From NCBI GenBank assembly GCA_963699545.1, contig CAVOUE010000012.1:1-64000 (forward strand): a DNA stretch of 64,000 nucleotides, given 5' to 3'. Source of the DNA: Nitrospirota bacterium (lineage in GTDB: Bacteria > Nitrospirota > Thermodesulfovibrionia > Thermodesulfovibrionales > UBA9159). Positions 29,623 through 43,653 of the stretch are shown here, piece after piece. Each line of letters begins with the position of its first letter. Positions within the stretch are counted from its first letter, which is position 1. The notes under the pieces were generated by a model that was not told the DNA's origin, did not search any database, and saw only the letters and a list, made by a program, of their open reading frames with translations. The translations under genes were made by a program, and so were the position numbers.

Positions 29623-30573
29623 CTACTCACGACTCGCCGAGATCCGGCGCTGAAGAATCACCTGGTTCTTATGCTCATCTGTCTTGAATGTGAGGTAGTC
29701 CTTTTTGTCCAGGTCGAACAGCTGTCGCCTGAAACGGCTGGTAAGGTCATGCCACTGGCTGATCCTCATGGTGAAGCGACTTTCTTCGGGATATCGCAAC
29801 GTATCCATAAACGACTGGATCGCCAGATAGTACCGTACCGCGTTACGCTCCATCGCTGCCCGTGCTCCGCCTATATAGACAGGGTTGCCGCTGCTGTCGG
29901 TTCCGCTGACCGTGAATCCCGCCCTGCCGTGGCCGACTGTCGCAAAATAGATCTTTTCCGCGAAACGAACCGAGAACCCGTGGCTGTAGGCGTAACTGAC
30001 ATGTACAAAGGTCCTCCCCCTGTCAAGGGGTAAGGCCTCGAACCTCATCTTGTGATCCTTCGTACCGAAAGGGCCTTCCGGCGCAGTAAGAACGACATCC
30101 AGAGATTCCTGCCGCTGTTCAGCGTTCCGGTACTGATAGACGAACTGATAGGTGTCTGCAGGAGGCTGGTACGAAACTTTGCGGCCGGTATAGAAGGTCA
30201 GCCTCCATGAGCCGGGCAGTTCCCGATAGGTGCATGCCTTGACATTGGGATGGAGGAACGCGATTTCACACCAGTTTGCCGGGACCTTGAGCACGTCCAC
30301 AACGCTGCTGAAGGGATGCTCGAATATCCCGTAGACATCCACGTGCAGCCTGCCATTCTGATCCCAAGACTCTAGGGAGAGAGGAAACCCAAAACTGTTT
30401 TTCTCCAGGTCATGCTCGATCCTGTGATAGGTCTCAAGCAGAACGTCATCGCCCCTCACCGGCTCTTCCGCTGCCAAAGCAAAGCCGGTGGGGGAGAAAA
30501 CCAGAGCCGCTGTCAAAAGCAGGAAGAACTCCGAAAGGCCACGAATCCTGTGCATCCGCTTCATGTAACTCAA
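29623..30573 (-). CDS. Exported hypothetical protein
   Basis: 316-aa ORF with signal peptide; WCEIAFLHPNVKAC, ERNAVRYYLAI. Confidence 0.7.
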   Translation of the reverse strand: MSYMKRMHRIRGLSEFFLLLTAALVFSPTGFALAAEEPVRGDDVLLETYHRIEHDLEKNSFGFPLSLESWDQNGRLHVDVYGIFEHPFSSVVDVLKVPANWCEIAFLHPNVKACTYRELPGSWRLTFYTGRKVSYQPPADTYQFVYQYRNAEQRQESLDVVLTAPEGPFGTKDHKMRFEALPLDRGRTFVHVSYAYSHGFSVRFAEKIYFATVGHGRAGFTVSGTDSSGNPVYIGGARAAMERNAVRYYLAIQSFMDTLRYPEESRFTMRISQWHDLTSRFRRQLFDLDKKDYLTFKTDEHKNQVILQRRISASRE

Positions 30574-30659
30574 TAGAAGTAGTATAAAACATATTCCCTC
30601 TTTTTTGTCCCAATCGCCATGTCCCTTATGCCTTGCTATCCAGTCCTCCGTTCCGGCCC

Positions 30660-32348
<1,689 letters not shown>

Positions 32349-32549
32349 CGTATTTCAAATCCTTTCTTTACAGGGCTATCAGACTTTTCCGTGGGCATAT
32401 CCGGATCTGTGCTTTGAGAGAGCATTTCTTATAGGGTCGCCGCCACTGCTTCCGCAGGGGTAAACGTGTCGCCATGAGAGGACGGGGAGCGGGAATCCGG
32501 GCTTTTCAGGTAATTCAGAAATAGAACGGGATCATGACAGCAAGAAAAG

Positions 32550-33551
32550 CTACCCTTTATTCGCCATATCTTCAAGGACTTTGAGCTTTGTCCTTTCCCC
32601 CAGGGCTATGAGGACATCCCCCGGCTTGATGGTAGTCCTGAAGGTGGGGTTGAACCTCATGTCACCGCCCGAGCGCTTTATGGCCACAATAATGATCCCC
32701 AGTTCCCTGCCAATGCCGCACTCATCCAGGGTGGTCCCTGCGATGCTTGCTCCTTCGCGCACGCAGATCTCCTCCATCTGGAGGTCGATATTCCCTGCCG
32801 ACGTCGCGAATTCGATGAAGTCGACGACCGACGGTTTGAGCACAGTATGGGCGATCCGCATACCCCCGATGTAATACGGTGAGACAACCCTGTCGGCGCC
32901 CGCCCTGAGAAGCTTCTGCTCAGAGCCTTCCTCTCCTGCCCTTGCAACGATATTCATATCAGGGTTGAGCACCCTGGCGCTCAATACGACATAGAGATTT
33001 TCCGCATCTGTCGGCAGAACGGATATGAGACCCCTGGCCCTCTCGATGCCTGCTTCCTTCAGAACCTCATCCTTTGTCGCATCTCCCCTCACGAAGAGGA
33101 CATCGTTTTCGACGATATCACCGGCCACAGGCTCCTTTTCTATCACGACAAATCTGGCGTTTTTCTCCTTAAGTTCTTTACCGATCACGGTACCCATCCT
33201 CCCATACCCGCACACAATATAGTGGTCTTTCAGTTCTTTGATCTTCTTTTCCAATTTTCTCCTCCCGAATATCTCCTGTATTTCCCCTTCAACCAGTATC
33301 CTCGCCGAATTGTTGAGGGTATAGAGTATCGTGCCCACTCCCAAAACGATGAGGACAAGAGTGAATGCCCTGCCGGCATCCGACAGGTCATGCACTTCCC
33401 GGTATCCTACCGTTGTTATCGTGGTAATGGTCATGTAGAGGGCATCGAAAGCCGTCCATTTTTCGAGAATGACATACCCGGAGGTTCCGAAAAAGATCAC
33501 GACCACGATCAACACGAGGGAAAAAACAAACTGACGTTTCACTCGTGTCAT
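32550..33551 (-). CDS. Potassium channel protein with TrkA-N/TrkA-C (RCK) domains
   Basis: TTVGY filter, HYIVCGYGRMG, GDAT, AGADRVVSP. Confidence 0.88.
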   Translation of the reverse strand: MTRVKRQFVFSLVLIVVVIFFGTSGYVILEKWTAFDALYMTITTITTVGYREVHDLSDAGRAFTLVLIVLGVGTILYTLNNSARILVEGEIQEIFGRRKLEKKIKELKDHYIVCGYGRMGTVIGKELKEKNARFVVIEKEPVAGDIVENDVLFVRGDATKDEVLKEAGIERARGLISVLPTDAENLYVVLSARVLNPDMNIVARAGEEGSEQKLLRAGADRVVSPYYIGGMRIAHTVLKPSVVDFIEFATSAGNIDLQMEEICVREGASIAGTTLDECGIGRELGIIIVAIKRSGGDMRFNPTFRTTIKPGDVLIALGERTKLKVLEDMANKG

Positions 33552-34051
33552 TTTTGTTCGCGAGCCTCTCTGCTCCCTTCATTGAAGAGCGTATCGAGCA
33601 TCTCCCTGAATCTCCTCAGATGGGTCCCTTCCCAGTAAACGCTTCCGCAGGCTTTGCACCTCAGGAAGGTGCCGTGGTGAACGAATACATATTCCGGAAC
33701 CATGTCCCTTACAGAATCTTTCTTCTCAATCTTGCCTAGTATACCATTGCACCGCGCACACCTGCCAGGTCCCGGTTCTTTCGCCGCGAAGGTTCTCATC
33801 ACTTCCTTCACCTGCGCCAGAGAATCCTCCGCCCGCACAAACAAAAGGTTGTTCAGGTTCCTCATCTTGAGGAAGTGGGTGTCCCTCGTCAGGAGAACCC
33901 TCCCTTCCCTGAGTGCGAGCTTCAGGAGATCATTGTCGCTTATGTGGGGATAATAGAGGGTGTCGAATCCGAGGAGCCTAAGCCATCGTGCGAGACGGCC
34001 AAGCATAGCATCTGCGATGAAACGCACTTCATGGGAGGGTTCCCCGTTCAT
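33548..34051 (-). CDS. Mut7-C RNase domain protein
   Basis: DAMLGRLARWLRLLGFD, LLTRD, RCARCNG, CKACGSVYWEGTH. Confidence 0.88.
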   Translation of the reverse strand: MNGEPSHEVRFIADAMLGRLARWLRLLGFDTLYYPHISDNDLLKLALREGRVLLTRDTHFLKMRNLNNLLFVRAEDSLAQVKEVMRTFAAKEPGPGRCARCNGILGKIEKKDSVRDMVPEYVFVHHGTFLRCKACGSVYWEGTHLRRFREMLDTLFNEGSREAREQK

Positions 34052-34054
34052 GAA

Positions 34055-34090
34055 TAAACAAGGCAGGCCAGGCAAAACGCCTGACCTGCC
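34055..34090 (-). terminator. Terminator after rpoC
   Basis: Minus: GGCAGGTCAGGC GTTTT GCCTGGCCTGCC TTGTTTA. Confidence 0.65.
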
Positions 34091-34108
34091 GCTTCGAACT
34101 GTGACTAA

Positions 34109-37100
34109 TTATTCTTCTTCAACTGCAGGCTCTGCAGCAAGGAGCGGCTGCAATTCCCTTTTTACAAAGGTGTGGCGGTACTTCTGCATACCAGTACCCG
34201 CAGGAACGATCCTGCCCATTATTACGTTCTCCTTTAATCCCCTCAGTTCGTCGATCTGGGCATTTAAGGCAGCCTCCGTCAGCACCCGCGTCGTTTCCTG
34301 GAAGGACGCGGCAGAGACCCAGCTCTCGGTGGTGAGGGACGCCTTTGTTATTCCCAGGAGAAGGGGTCTGCCCTGGGCGGGTGCTCCGCCGCCAGCCCTG
34401 ACCTTTTCATTTTCCTCCTGGAAAAAGGCCCTGTCCACCTGCTCACCGATCAGGAATACAGTATCGCCAGGATCTTCGATCCTCACCTTCCTCATCATCT
34501 GCCGGACAATTGTTTCGATATGCTTATCATTGATCGAGACGCCCTGGAGCCGGTATACCTTCTGTACCTCGTCCACAAGATAGCTCTGAAGCTCATTGGG
34601 GCCAAGGATATCCAAAATGCTGTGGGGATTCACCGCGCCGTCCATCAACGGCTCTCCTGCCTTTACCCAGTCTCCCTCATGGACACTCACATGCTTGCCC
34701 TTGGGGATATGGTACTCTCTCTGTTCTTCACCGCCCTTCACAACGACAACCCTCATGCCCTTGTGAGCGCCGCGGAACTCCACGACACCGTCGATCTCGG
34801 TAACGATAGCCTGTTCCTTGGGACGCCGTGCTTCAAAGAGCTCCGCTACCCTCGGAAGACCTCCGGTAATGTCCTTTGTCTTTGTCGTTTCCCTGGGTAT
34901 CTTTGCGAGGATATCCCCGGGGGAAACGATATCATTCTTGTCCACAAGGATATGTGCCCCGGACGGCAAGAGGTACCGCGCAAGGTTCGAGGAGCTTGGT
35001 ATCTTGAGCGTCGCCTTGCCGTGCTCGTCTTTTATCGAGATCCTCGGTCTCATGGAGGCAGGGTAATCGATGATCACTTTATGGGAAAGGCCGGTGATCT
35101 CATCAACCTCTTCCTTGACCGATACGCCTTCAACGATATCACCGAGGGCGATCTTTCCGCCCACTTCGGTCAGTATGGGTGTCGAGTATGGGTCCCATTC
35201 AACGATCCTCTGACCGGCTTCAACCTTCTGACCTTCCTCAATCTTCAGTTTCGCGCCATAGACAAGATTGTACTTCTCTCTCTCCCTTCCATGACCGTCC
35301 ACGATCGCGATAAGGGCATTTCTGTTGATCACTACGAGGGCGCCCTCTCTGTTCCTCACCGCATTTATGTTCAGGAACTTTATTTTGCCGTTGTTCTTGG
35401 CATCGAGCACTGCCTGCTCTATCACCTTTGTCGCGGCGCCGCCGATATGGAAGGTCCTCATGGTCAGCTGGGTACCCGGCTCGCCGATGGACTGGGCTGC
35501 GATGATGCCCACGGCCTCACCGATCTCAACGCTGTCACCCCGCGCCAGGTCCCTCCCGTAACACCTGCCGCAGACCCCGAACTTCGTCTGGCAGGTGAGA
35601 ACCGACCGTATCTTTACCCTGTCAACAACAGCCTCTACTACTTTTTGAGCGAGCTCCTCAGTGATCTCGTTATTCTTCTTCACGATCACTTCCTTGGAAT
35701 CAGGCTTATTGATATCTTCCACAGAGAACCTGCCGACGATCCTCTCCTCAAGGGGCTGGATTATCTCACCGCCCTCTATAAGGGATGTTACGGTGATCCC
35801 TTCTGCCGTACCGCAGTCTTCTTCGGTAATGATGACATCCTGGGCCACATCCACCAGCCTCCTGGTAAGGTACCCGGAGTTCGCGGTCTTCAGTGCGGTA
35901 TCAGCAAGACCTTTTCGCGCTCCGTGTGTGGAGATGAAGTACTGGAGCGGGGTAAGCCCCTCTCTGAAGTTCGCGGTAATGGGGGTTTCGATAATTTCGC
36001 CCGAAGGCTTTGCCATCAGACCCCTCATTCCCGCAAGCTGACGGATCTGCGCAGCGCTTCCCCTTGCGCCGGAATCAGCCATCATGAAGATGTTGTTAAA
36101 GGATCGCCTCTCATTGAGTTCCTCCTCGGACAACTTCTTCCCTTCCTCTGCTCCCAGTTCGTCCATCATTTCCTTGGCGATACTCTCGGTGATGTTCGCC
36201 CATATGTCAATCACTTTGTTGTACCGCTCGCCGTGGGTAATGAGACCGTCGGCATATTGCTTCTGTATCTCCATCACTTCCTGCTCTGCGGCCCTTATCA
36301 GTTCGGGCTTTTTGGACGGGATGTGCATGTCTGCCATGCAGATGGATATCCCCGACTTCGTGGCCTGGTCGAACCCAAGCTTCTCGAGGTTATCAAGAAA
36401 TACCACGGTGGCGCGCTTCCCTGCCTGCTTGTAGGTATGTTCTATGATCTTCGTCAGCTCCTTCTTGGTGATGTCCTTGTTGATAAACTGGAACGGTATG
36501 CCTTCGGGAAGGATCTCACTGAAGAGAACCCTTCCGCAGGTGGTTTCCACCATCTGCCCGTCTATTCTTACATTAATACCCTTATGGATATCCAGTTTCC
36601 CGGAATCATAGGCGATCCTCACTTCCTCAGGGTCGGAGAATATCGCGCGCCTGCCTTTTATGACGGACTTTTTCTTCATGGTGTTGAGAACTTCTTCGCA
36701 GGTCGTCTCCACGAGGAGGCCGTCCGCCCTCACCGTCACCGTTTCCTGTTTTTCCAGCTTGCCGGAATCATGGGCAGCCTTCACCTCGTCAGGGTCAGCA
36801 TAGACTCTGCCCTTTCCCTTCGTCAGGTAGTAGATGCCCAAAACCATATCCTGCGTAGGCACCACAATGGGTTTGCCATTAGCAGGTGAAAGGATATTGT
36901 TCACCGACATCATCAACACCCTCGCCTCGACCTGAGCTTCAATCGAAAGGGGAACATGAACTGCCATCTGGTCTCCGTCGAAGTCTGCATTGAATGCGGT
37001 GCAGACAAGAGGATGCAGCTTGATGGCCTTGCCCTCGACAAGCACGGGATCAAAGGCCTGAATGCCAAGTCTGTGGAGGGTCGGCGCACGGTTCAGCAGC

Positions 37101-38365
37101 ACAGGATGCTCTGCGATCACCTCTTCCAGGGCATCCCACACCTCGGGATGTTCTTTCTCCACCAGCCTCTTGGCAGCCTTCAGCGTAGTGGCAAACCCTT
37201 TTTCCTCCAGCTTGTTAAAGACAAAGGGCTTGAAAAGCTCCAGGGCCATCCTCTTGGGAAGCCCGCACTGATGGAGTTTAAGTTCGGGTCCCACTACGAT
37301 GACCGAACGGCCTGAATAGTCGACCCTCTTGCCAAGGAGATTCTGTCTGAACCTTCCCTGTTTGCCCTTGATCATGTCGCTCAAAGACTTCAGGGGCCTC
37401 TTCGTTGCGGTCTTCAGCACCCTGCTTCTCCTGCCGTTGTCAAAGAGGGCATCAACCGCCTCCTGGAGCATCCTCTTTTCGTTCTTTATGATGACGCTGG
37501 GAGCCTTCAGCTCCATCAGCCGCTTCAGTCTGTTATTCCTGTTGATGACTCTCCGGTAAAGGTCATTGAGATCGGATGTGGCAAAACGGCCTCCCTCCAG
37601 GGGAACGAGAGGTCTCAGATCAGGGGGAAGTACGGGTACCGCATCCATGATCATCCAGTCCGGTCTATTCCCCGACAGCCTGAATGCCTCGATCACCTTC
37701 AACCTTTTGGTCAATTTCTTCTTGACACCTATGGAGGAAGCTTCCTTGATTTTTCCCTTCAGCTCGGCCGCAAGGGGATCAAGGTCCAGCCCCCTGAGAA
37801 GTTCCCGGATCGCCTCTGCCCCCATCCCTGCCTTAAACCGGGATCCGTACTCTGCGGTCTTTTTCTTGTATTCTTCGTCGGTGAGGAGTTCTTTTTCCTT
37901 CAGCGGCGTATCTCCAGGATCAATGACAATGTAGCTTTCAAAATAGAGGACCTTCTCAAGATGCCGCATGGTCATATCGATCAGGATACCGATCCTGCTG
38001 GGCACCCCCTTGAGGAACCAGATGTGCGCCACCGGCGTCGCAAGCTCTATGTGGCCCATGCGTTCCCGCCTTACCTTCGACTGAATGACCTCAACCCCGC
38101 ACTTGTCGCAGACGACACCCCTGTGCTTCATCCTCTTATACTTGCCGCAAAGGCACTCCCAGTCCTTCACCGGGCCGAAAATCTTCGCGCAGAACAGGCC
38201 GTCCCTCTCCGGCTTAAAGGTACGGTAGTTAATGGTCTCCGGTTTTTTCACCTCCCCGTATGACCATTCCCGGATCTTTTCGGGTGAGGCAAGCTTTATT
38301 CTTATCGCTTCAAAATCGGTCGGATTCTTCGGTCTCTGAAAAAGGGCATAGACATCTTCTACCAA
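34109..38365 (-). CDS. rpoC: RNA polymerase beta' subunit
   Basis: [29 protein letters not shown]. Confidence 0.99.
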   Translation of the reverse strand: MVEDVYALFQRPKNPTDFEAIRIKLASPEKIREWSYGEVKKPETINYRTFKPERDGLFCAKIFGPVKDWECLCGKYKRMKHRGVVCDKCGVEVIQSKVRRERMGHIELATPVAHIWFLKGVPSRIGILIDMTMRHLEKVLYFESYIVIDPGDTPLKEKELLTDEEYKKKTAEYGSRFKAGMGAEAIRELLRGLDLDPLAAELKGKIKEASSIGVKKKLTKRLKVIEAFRLSGNRPDWMIMDAVPVLPPDLRPLVPLEGGRFATSDLNDLYRRVINRNNRLKRLMELKAPSVIIKNEKRMLQEAVDALFDNGRRSRVLKTATKRPLKSLSDMIKGKQGRFRQNLLGKRVDYSGRSVIVVGPELKLHQCGLPKRMALELFKPFVFNKLEEKGFATTLKAAKRLVEKEHPEVWDALEEVIAEHPVLLNRAPTLHRLGIQAFDPVLVEGKAIKLHPLVCTAFNADFDGDQMAVHVPLSIEAQVEARVLMMSVNNILSPANGKPIVVPTQDMVLGIYYLTKGKGRVYADPDEVKAAHDSGKLEKQETVTVRADGLLVETTCEEVLNTMKKKSVIKGRRAIFSDPEEVRIAYDSGKLDIHKGINVRIDGQMVETTCGRVLFSEILPEGIPFQFINKDITKKELTKIIEHTYKQAGKRATVVFLDNLEKLGFDQATKSGISICMADMHIPSKKPELIRAAEQEVMEIQKQYADGLITHGERYNKVIDIWANITESIAKEMMDELGAEEGKKLSEEELNERRSFNNIFMMADSGARGSAAQIRQLAGMRGLMAKPSGEIIETPITANFREGLTPLQYFISTHGARKGLADTALKTANSGYLTRRLVDVAQDVIITEEDCGTAEGITVTSLIEGGEIIQPLEERIVGRFSVEDINKPDSKEVIVKKNNEITEELAQKVVEAVVDRVKIRSVLTCQTKFGVCGRCYGRDLARGDSVEIGEAVGIIAAQSIGEPGTQLTMRTFHIGGAATKVIEQAVLDAKNNGKIKFLNINAVRNREGALVVINRNALIAIVDGHGREREKYNLVYGAKLKIEEGQKVEAGQRIVEWDPYSTPILTEVGGKIALGDIVEGVSVKEEVDEITGLSHKVIIDYPASMRPRISIKDEHGKATLKIPSSSNLARYLLPSGAHILVDKNDIVSPGDILAKIPRETTKTKDITGGLPRVAELFEARRPKEQAIVTEIDGVVEFRGAHKGMRVVVVKGGEEQREYHIPKGKHVSVHEGDWVKAGEPLMDGAVNPHSILDILGPNELQSYLVDEVQKVYRLQGVSINDKHIETIVRQMMRKVRIEDPGDTVFLIGEQVDRAFFQEENEKVRAGGGAPAQGRPLLLGITKASLTTESWVSAASFQETTRVLTEAALNAQIDELRGLKENVIMGRIVPAGTGMQKYRHTFVKRELQPLLAAEPAVEEE

Positions 38366-38368
38366 GAC

Positions 38369-41300
38369 TTATTCCCCCTTGCTTTTTTTCTCCAGAAGCT
38401 CAACATCAAGACCAAGACTCTGGAGTTCTTTTATTAATACATGGAAAGACTCGGGAACCCCGGGTTCCAGAGTCGCATCACCTTTCACAATCGCTTCATA
38501 CATCCGGGCCCGTCCGGTAACATCATCACTCTTTACCGTCAGGAATTCCTGCAGCGTATAGGAAGCTCCGTATGCTTCAAGTGCCCAGACTTCCATCTCA
38601 CCAAGCCTTTGGCCGCCGAACTGCGCCTTGCCGCCCAGGGGCTGCTGGGTAACAAGAGAATATGGGCCGATGGAACGTGCGTGAATCTTGTCGTCCACAA
38701 GGTGGTGAAGTTTGAGTATGTACGTTTGTCCGACCGTGACCGGCTTGTTGAACGGTTCTCCCGTCCTGCCGTCATAAAGAGTGATCTGGCCTGACGAGGG
38801 GAGACCCGCTTTTTTCAGCATCTCTTTTATCTCGGACTCCTTCGCACCCTCAAAGACGGGCGTCGCCACATGAAAACCCAACGCCCTTGCAGCCCACCCG
38901 AGATGGGTCTCGAGGATCTGTCCAACGTTCATTCGAGAAGGAACTCCCAGAGGATTCAAAACAACATCTACCGGTGTTCCGTCAGGAAGGTAAGGCATGT
39001 CCTCTTCAGGCATCACCATGGCAACGACACCCTTGTTCCCGTGTCTGCCCGCCATCTTGTCCCCCACCTGAAGCTTGCGTTTCATCGCGATATACACCTT
39101 TGCAAGCTTGTTCACGCCCGGCGGAAGTTCATCCCCTCTCTTGACCCTGTCGACGCTTTCATCGTACCGCGTCTCGAGCCAGCGGATGTACTGGTTGGCC
39201 TCGTGGTTCATGGTCTCGATCTTTTCCCTGACATCCGCATCCGCAATCTTTACACGCAAAAGATGCTCATCCTTGATTCTCTCCAGATGCTTTTCGGTGA
39301 GCTTTTTCCCCGCGGAACAGATGACCTCTTTCGTCTTTGAATCCTTCACCTCTTCCTGTATCTTGCAGCCTGCAAGGAATTCCCTGATCCTTCTGAATTT
39401 TTCCTCCTTATTGATCCTCACCTCTTCTTCAAGGTCTCTCTGCAGCCGAGAGATGTCGTCTTCCTCTATGCTTTTGGCCCTCTCGTCCTTTTCCGTTCCC
39501 TTTCGAGAAAAGATACGCACGTCGACTATGATGCCCTCTATGCCGGGTGGCACGTAGAGACAGCTCTCCTTCACGTCCTCCGCCTTCTCACCGAAAATGG
39601 CCCTCAGCAATTTCTCCTCGGGAGTGAGCTGTGTCTCGCCCTTGGGGGTGACCTTGCCCACGAGGATGTCACCGGGTTTCACCTCGGCGCCGATCCTTAT
39701 GATTCCGCTCTCGTCAAGGTCCTTAAGGGCCTCTTCTCCCACGTTCGGTATATCCCTGGTGACTTCCTCCGGCCCGATCTTCGTTTCCCTCGCCTCAAGC
39801 TCGAATTCCTCGATATGCACCGAGGTGAAGACATCTTCCTTCACCAGTCTCTCGCTTATCAGGATGGCGTCTTCGAAGTTGTACCCGCCCCAGGGCATAA
39901 AGGCTACAAGAACGTTCTTGCCAAGGGCCAGTTCCCCCCCGTCAGTGGACGAACCGTCAGCGAGGACATCATTCCGCTGCACCACATCTCCCACTGTCAC
40001 TATGGGTTTTTGGTTGATGCAGGTTGCCTGATTCGACCTCTGGAACTTCACAAGACTGTAAATGTCAACGCCCCCGCCATCCTCGGACGTACGCACCACG
40101 ATCCTTGACGCATCCACGCTCTCTACAACGCCGGCCTTTCTTGCAAGCACCAGGGCTCCCGAATCCCGGGCAGCCACGAACTCCATGCCGGTACCCACCA
40201 CGGGCGCTTCTGTCTGGAGCAGCGGGACTGCCTGCCTCTGCATGTTCGAGCCCATGAGGGCCCTGTTGGCGTCATCGTTTTCGAGGAACGGGATGAGCGA
40301 TGCCGAAACGCCCACGATCTGCTTTGGCGAAACGTCCATATACTGCACTTCCTGCGGGGGGACCATCTTGAAGTCGCCTCCCACCCTGGCAGAGACAAGC
40401 TCACCGACAAGATGCCCTTTCTTGTCGACCGGTGATGTCGCCTCGGCAATATTATATGTTTCACCCTCTATGGCAGAGAGATATTCAATCTCCTGGGTAA
40501 CCCTCCCATTCACGACCTTCCGGTAGGGGACCTCGATGAAACCGAAATCATTCACCCTCGCATAGGAAGCGAGGGAGGTGATCAATCCGATATTCGGACC
40601 CTCAGGCGTCTCGATGGGACATATTCTTCCGTAATGGGTGGGGTGCACGTCCCTCACTTCAAACCCTGCCCTCTCCCTGGTAAGACCTCCGGGACCGAGG
40701 GCAGAGAGTCTCCTCTTATGGGTGATCTCTGACAAGGGATTGGTCTGATCCATGAACTGGCTCAGCTGACTGGAGCCAAAAAACTCCTTCACCGCGGCCA
40801 TGACCGGCTTTGCGTTGATGATATCGTGCGGCATGGCCGTCTCAAGTTCGGTGAGCGTCATCTTCTCCTTGATAGCGCGTTCCATCCTCACAAGACCTAT
40901 CCTGAACTGGTTTTCGAGAAGTTCCCCCACGCCTCTGATCCGCCGGTTCCCGAGGTGGTCGATATCATCCACCTCCCCTTTTCCCGTGCGGAGGTCGAGG
41001 AGGTAGTGCACGATCTCTATGATGTCTTTATCGGTGAGGACCCGGGTATCGAGCGGGATATCAAGGTTCAGCCTCTTGTTTATCTTGAGCCTTCCCACCG
41101 GCGACAGGTCGTAGCGTTTGGGATCGAAGAAGAGACCGTTGAACAGGTCCTTTGACGCATTCAGCGTCGGCGGTTCTCCGGGCCTCAGTTTCTTGTATAC
41201 CTCGATGAGGGCCTCTCCCTGACTGCTCACCTTGTCCGTCAGCAGTGTGTCCCGCAACGAGGAGAGATATTTCACGTTGTCGATAAAGAGGAGACTGAGG

Positions 41301-42302
41301 GTATCGATCTTAAGGGCAAGTATCTTGTTAAATATCTCTTCTGTTATCGCCTCATTGCCCTCAAGCAGAACCTCCCCGGTTTCCGGGTCGATGATGTCCT
41401 TGAGGGTGATACGACCGACGATCTCTTCCTTCAGGATCGGTATCTCCTTGATCCCTGCAGTCTCCATCTTCTTGATGGCTCCTTTGGTGATCTTACTGCC
41501 CTCTTTAACGATCAGCTCCTTGGTATCTGACGCGATGATGTTCTTGACCGCCTTCACTCCTGCCAGGACATCGCTCACCACCCTCGTATGGGTGTTTCCC
41601 TTGATCTTTACGGTCTCGATGGGATAAAACGTCTTGAGAAGGTCTTCATTGCTGTATCCCAGCGCCTTGAGCACTATGGTTGCCGGAAGTTTCTTCCTCC
41701 TGTCGATGCGGACATAGAGGATGTCCTTTGTATCAAATTCAAAGTCAAGCCATGACCCCCGGGACGGAATAACCCTGGCAGAATAGAGGAGCCTGCCGCT
41801 GGCGTGGGTCTTTCCCTTATCATGGCTGAAGAAGACACCGGGAGAACCGGTGGAGCTGGCTCACAATGACTCTTTCGGTGCCGTTGATGATGAATGTCCC
41901 TGTCTCGGTCATGAGCGGCATCTCACCGATGTATACTTCCTGCTCCCTGGATTCTTTCAGTCTTTTGTTGCCGCCTTCCTCAGCCTCCCACAGGTTGAGT
42001 TTCACCCGTATCTTCAGCGGAGCCGCATACGTTATCCCCTTCTGCAGGGAATCCCTTATGCTGAACTTCGGCTCTCCGACCATGTACCCGATAAGCTCCA
42101 CAGACGCGGTCTCGTTATAGTCCATGATCGGGAAAACGCCCTTAAAGGCTGCCTGTAATCCAGTGTCTTCCCGCTTGTCCATGGGAAGATCCTTCTGCAG
42201 GAATTTCTCATAGGAGCGCCTCTGGATCTCGATGAGGTTCGGCACCTCAAGAAAAAGCGGGACCTTGCCAAAATTTACTCTCTCTCTCAACTCCCTGGCC
42301 AT
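38369..42302 (-). CDS. rpoB: RNA polymerase beta subunit; frameshift near 41845
   Basis: [42 protein letters not shown]-terminus in ORF 41820..42302. Confidence 0.98.
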
Positions 42303-42319
42303 ATGTCTCCTTCTCTCTT

Positions 42320-42405
42320 TAGTTCAGAGCCGGGGGTTCAGAGTTCGGTGACAGCAATCAGACAGTGACAACTGCTCCGAACTCAGAACCAACTGCTCCG
42401 AACTC
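42320..42405. repeat. Heptamer-periodic inverted repeat between rplL and rpoB
   Basis: AGTTCAG...GGTTCAG AGTTCGG ... CCGAACT CAGAACC ... CCGAACT. Confidence 0.65.
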
Positions 42406-42788
42406 TATTTTACTTCTACTTTCGCGCCCTGCTCCTCAAGCTTCGCCTTGATGGATTCTGCCTCTTCTTTCGCAACCCCGGTCTTCACGGGTTTGGGGGC
42501 GCCGTCAACGAGGTCTTTCGCTTCCTTCAGACCGAGGCCGGTCAGCTCTCTCACAACCTTAATGACCTGTATCTTCTTGTCTCCGGCAGCTACGAGAATA
42601 ACGTCAAAGCTCGTCTTTTCCTCAGCAGCCGGGGCCGCTGCCGCTGCCGCTCCAGGTGCGGCTGCAATAGCCACCGGCGCTGCGGCGGTAACGCCGTACC
42701 TCTCTTCGAATTCTTTTACGAACTGAGACATATCGAGAATTGTCATGTTGTCGATAAACTCAAAAACCTGCTCCTTTGTCACTGCCAT
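42405..42788 (-). CDS. rplL: 50S ribosomal protein L7/L12
   Basis: [23 protein letters not shown]. Confidence 0.98.
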   Translation of the reverse strand: MAVTKEQVFEFIDNMTILDMSQFVKEFEERYGVTAAAPVAIAAAPGAAAAAAPAAEEKTSFDVILVAAGDKKIQVIKVVRELTGLGLKEAKDLVDGAPKPVKTGVAKEEAESIKAKLEEQGAKVEVK

Positions 42789-42861
42789 TATGTAAACCTC
42801 CTTCTTTTGTAATATATTGTCCGTTATGTGTTATCTGCGTGAACTTCCCATCCTTTACACA

Positions 42862-43380
42862 TCACGCTTCACGTTTTGTTTTCAAAGCGCTTACCGCGTA
42901 TGCAAAACTGCTTACGGTTGCCGACAATGCAGCGGCCATCTTGCTGGCGGGTGCCTGGAATGCGCCGGCGATCATTGACAAAAGCACTTCCCTCGGCGGC
43001 AGGGCTGCAATAGCCTTGACCTCATGCGCTGTATAGAGCTTCCCTTCGATCACGCCTCCGCTGAGCTTGAGTTTCTCGTTCTTTTTGGAAAACTCAATCA
43101 CCTTTTTGGCGGTCGTTACAGGATCCTTATACCCGATGGCTACAGCCACCGGCCCTTTGAACGCACCCTTTGCCACCGATACGGGGGTATCCTGGGATGC
43201 AAGACGGGCAAGGGTATTCTTCACCACCCGGTAATCAACGCCGCTACCGCGAAGGAGCCTTCTAAGCTCGAATAGTTCTGCAACCGTCATGCCCTTGTAA
43301 TCCGTTAAGATTACCGCTTTAGCCTCTGAGAACCTTTCCTTGAGTTCTTCAATTACCTGTCCTTTCTCTTCCTTTCTCAG
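42862..43380 (-). CDS. rplJ: 50S ribosomal protein L10 (probable CTG start)
   Basis: DYKGMTV, VVKNTLA; AAAGGAGG-ATAGT-CTG. Confidence 0.92.
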   Translation of the reverse strand: MRKEEKGQVIEELKERFSEAKAVILTDYKGMTVAELFELRRLLRGSGVDYRVVKNTLARLASQDTPVSVAKGAFKGPVAVAIGYKDPVTTAKKVIEFSKKNEKLKLSGGVIEGKLYTAHEVKAIAALPPREVLLSMIAGAFQAPASKMAAALSATVSSFAYAVSALKTKREA

Positions 43381-43545
43381 ACTATCCTCCTTTCCCAGAG
43401 ACTCTCTTTTTATTTCCATTCCTCTGAACCGCCCACAGGCCGCGACACAGGCGCTTCAAAGGACTGTCTCGGCAGGCTGCCCGTCCGTCCGCCGCAGGCG
43501 GACGAAGCGAAACAATTAAGGAAACCACCTACTGTCTCTGACAAG
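43381..43545 (-). promoter_or_regulatory. L10 leader (ribosomal protein autoregulatory RNA)
   Basis: Minus: GTCAGAGACAGTAGG...TTAA...CCTGCCGAGAC upstream of rplJ. Confidence 0.75.
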
Positions 43546-43653
43546 ATATCAAAACGGACAATGTCCGCACGTAAAACCGTGTAAGCAGGGTGCGAGGATT
43601 CCAAGATTCGAGGGTCCCAGAACGTCCCTTGAATCCCTGGTCCCTTGAACCCT

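Noticed and set aside
34520-36889. 789-aa plus-strand ORF and other long antisense ORFs (683-1837, 22313-23446, 43840-44847, 45813-46715)
   Set aside because: Shadow frames opposite conserved genes, with no recognisable motifs.
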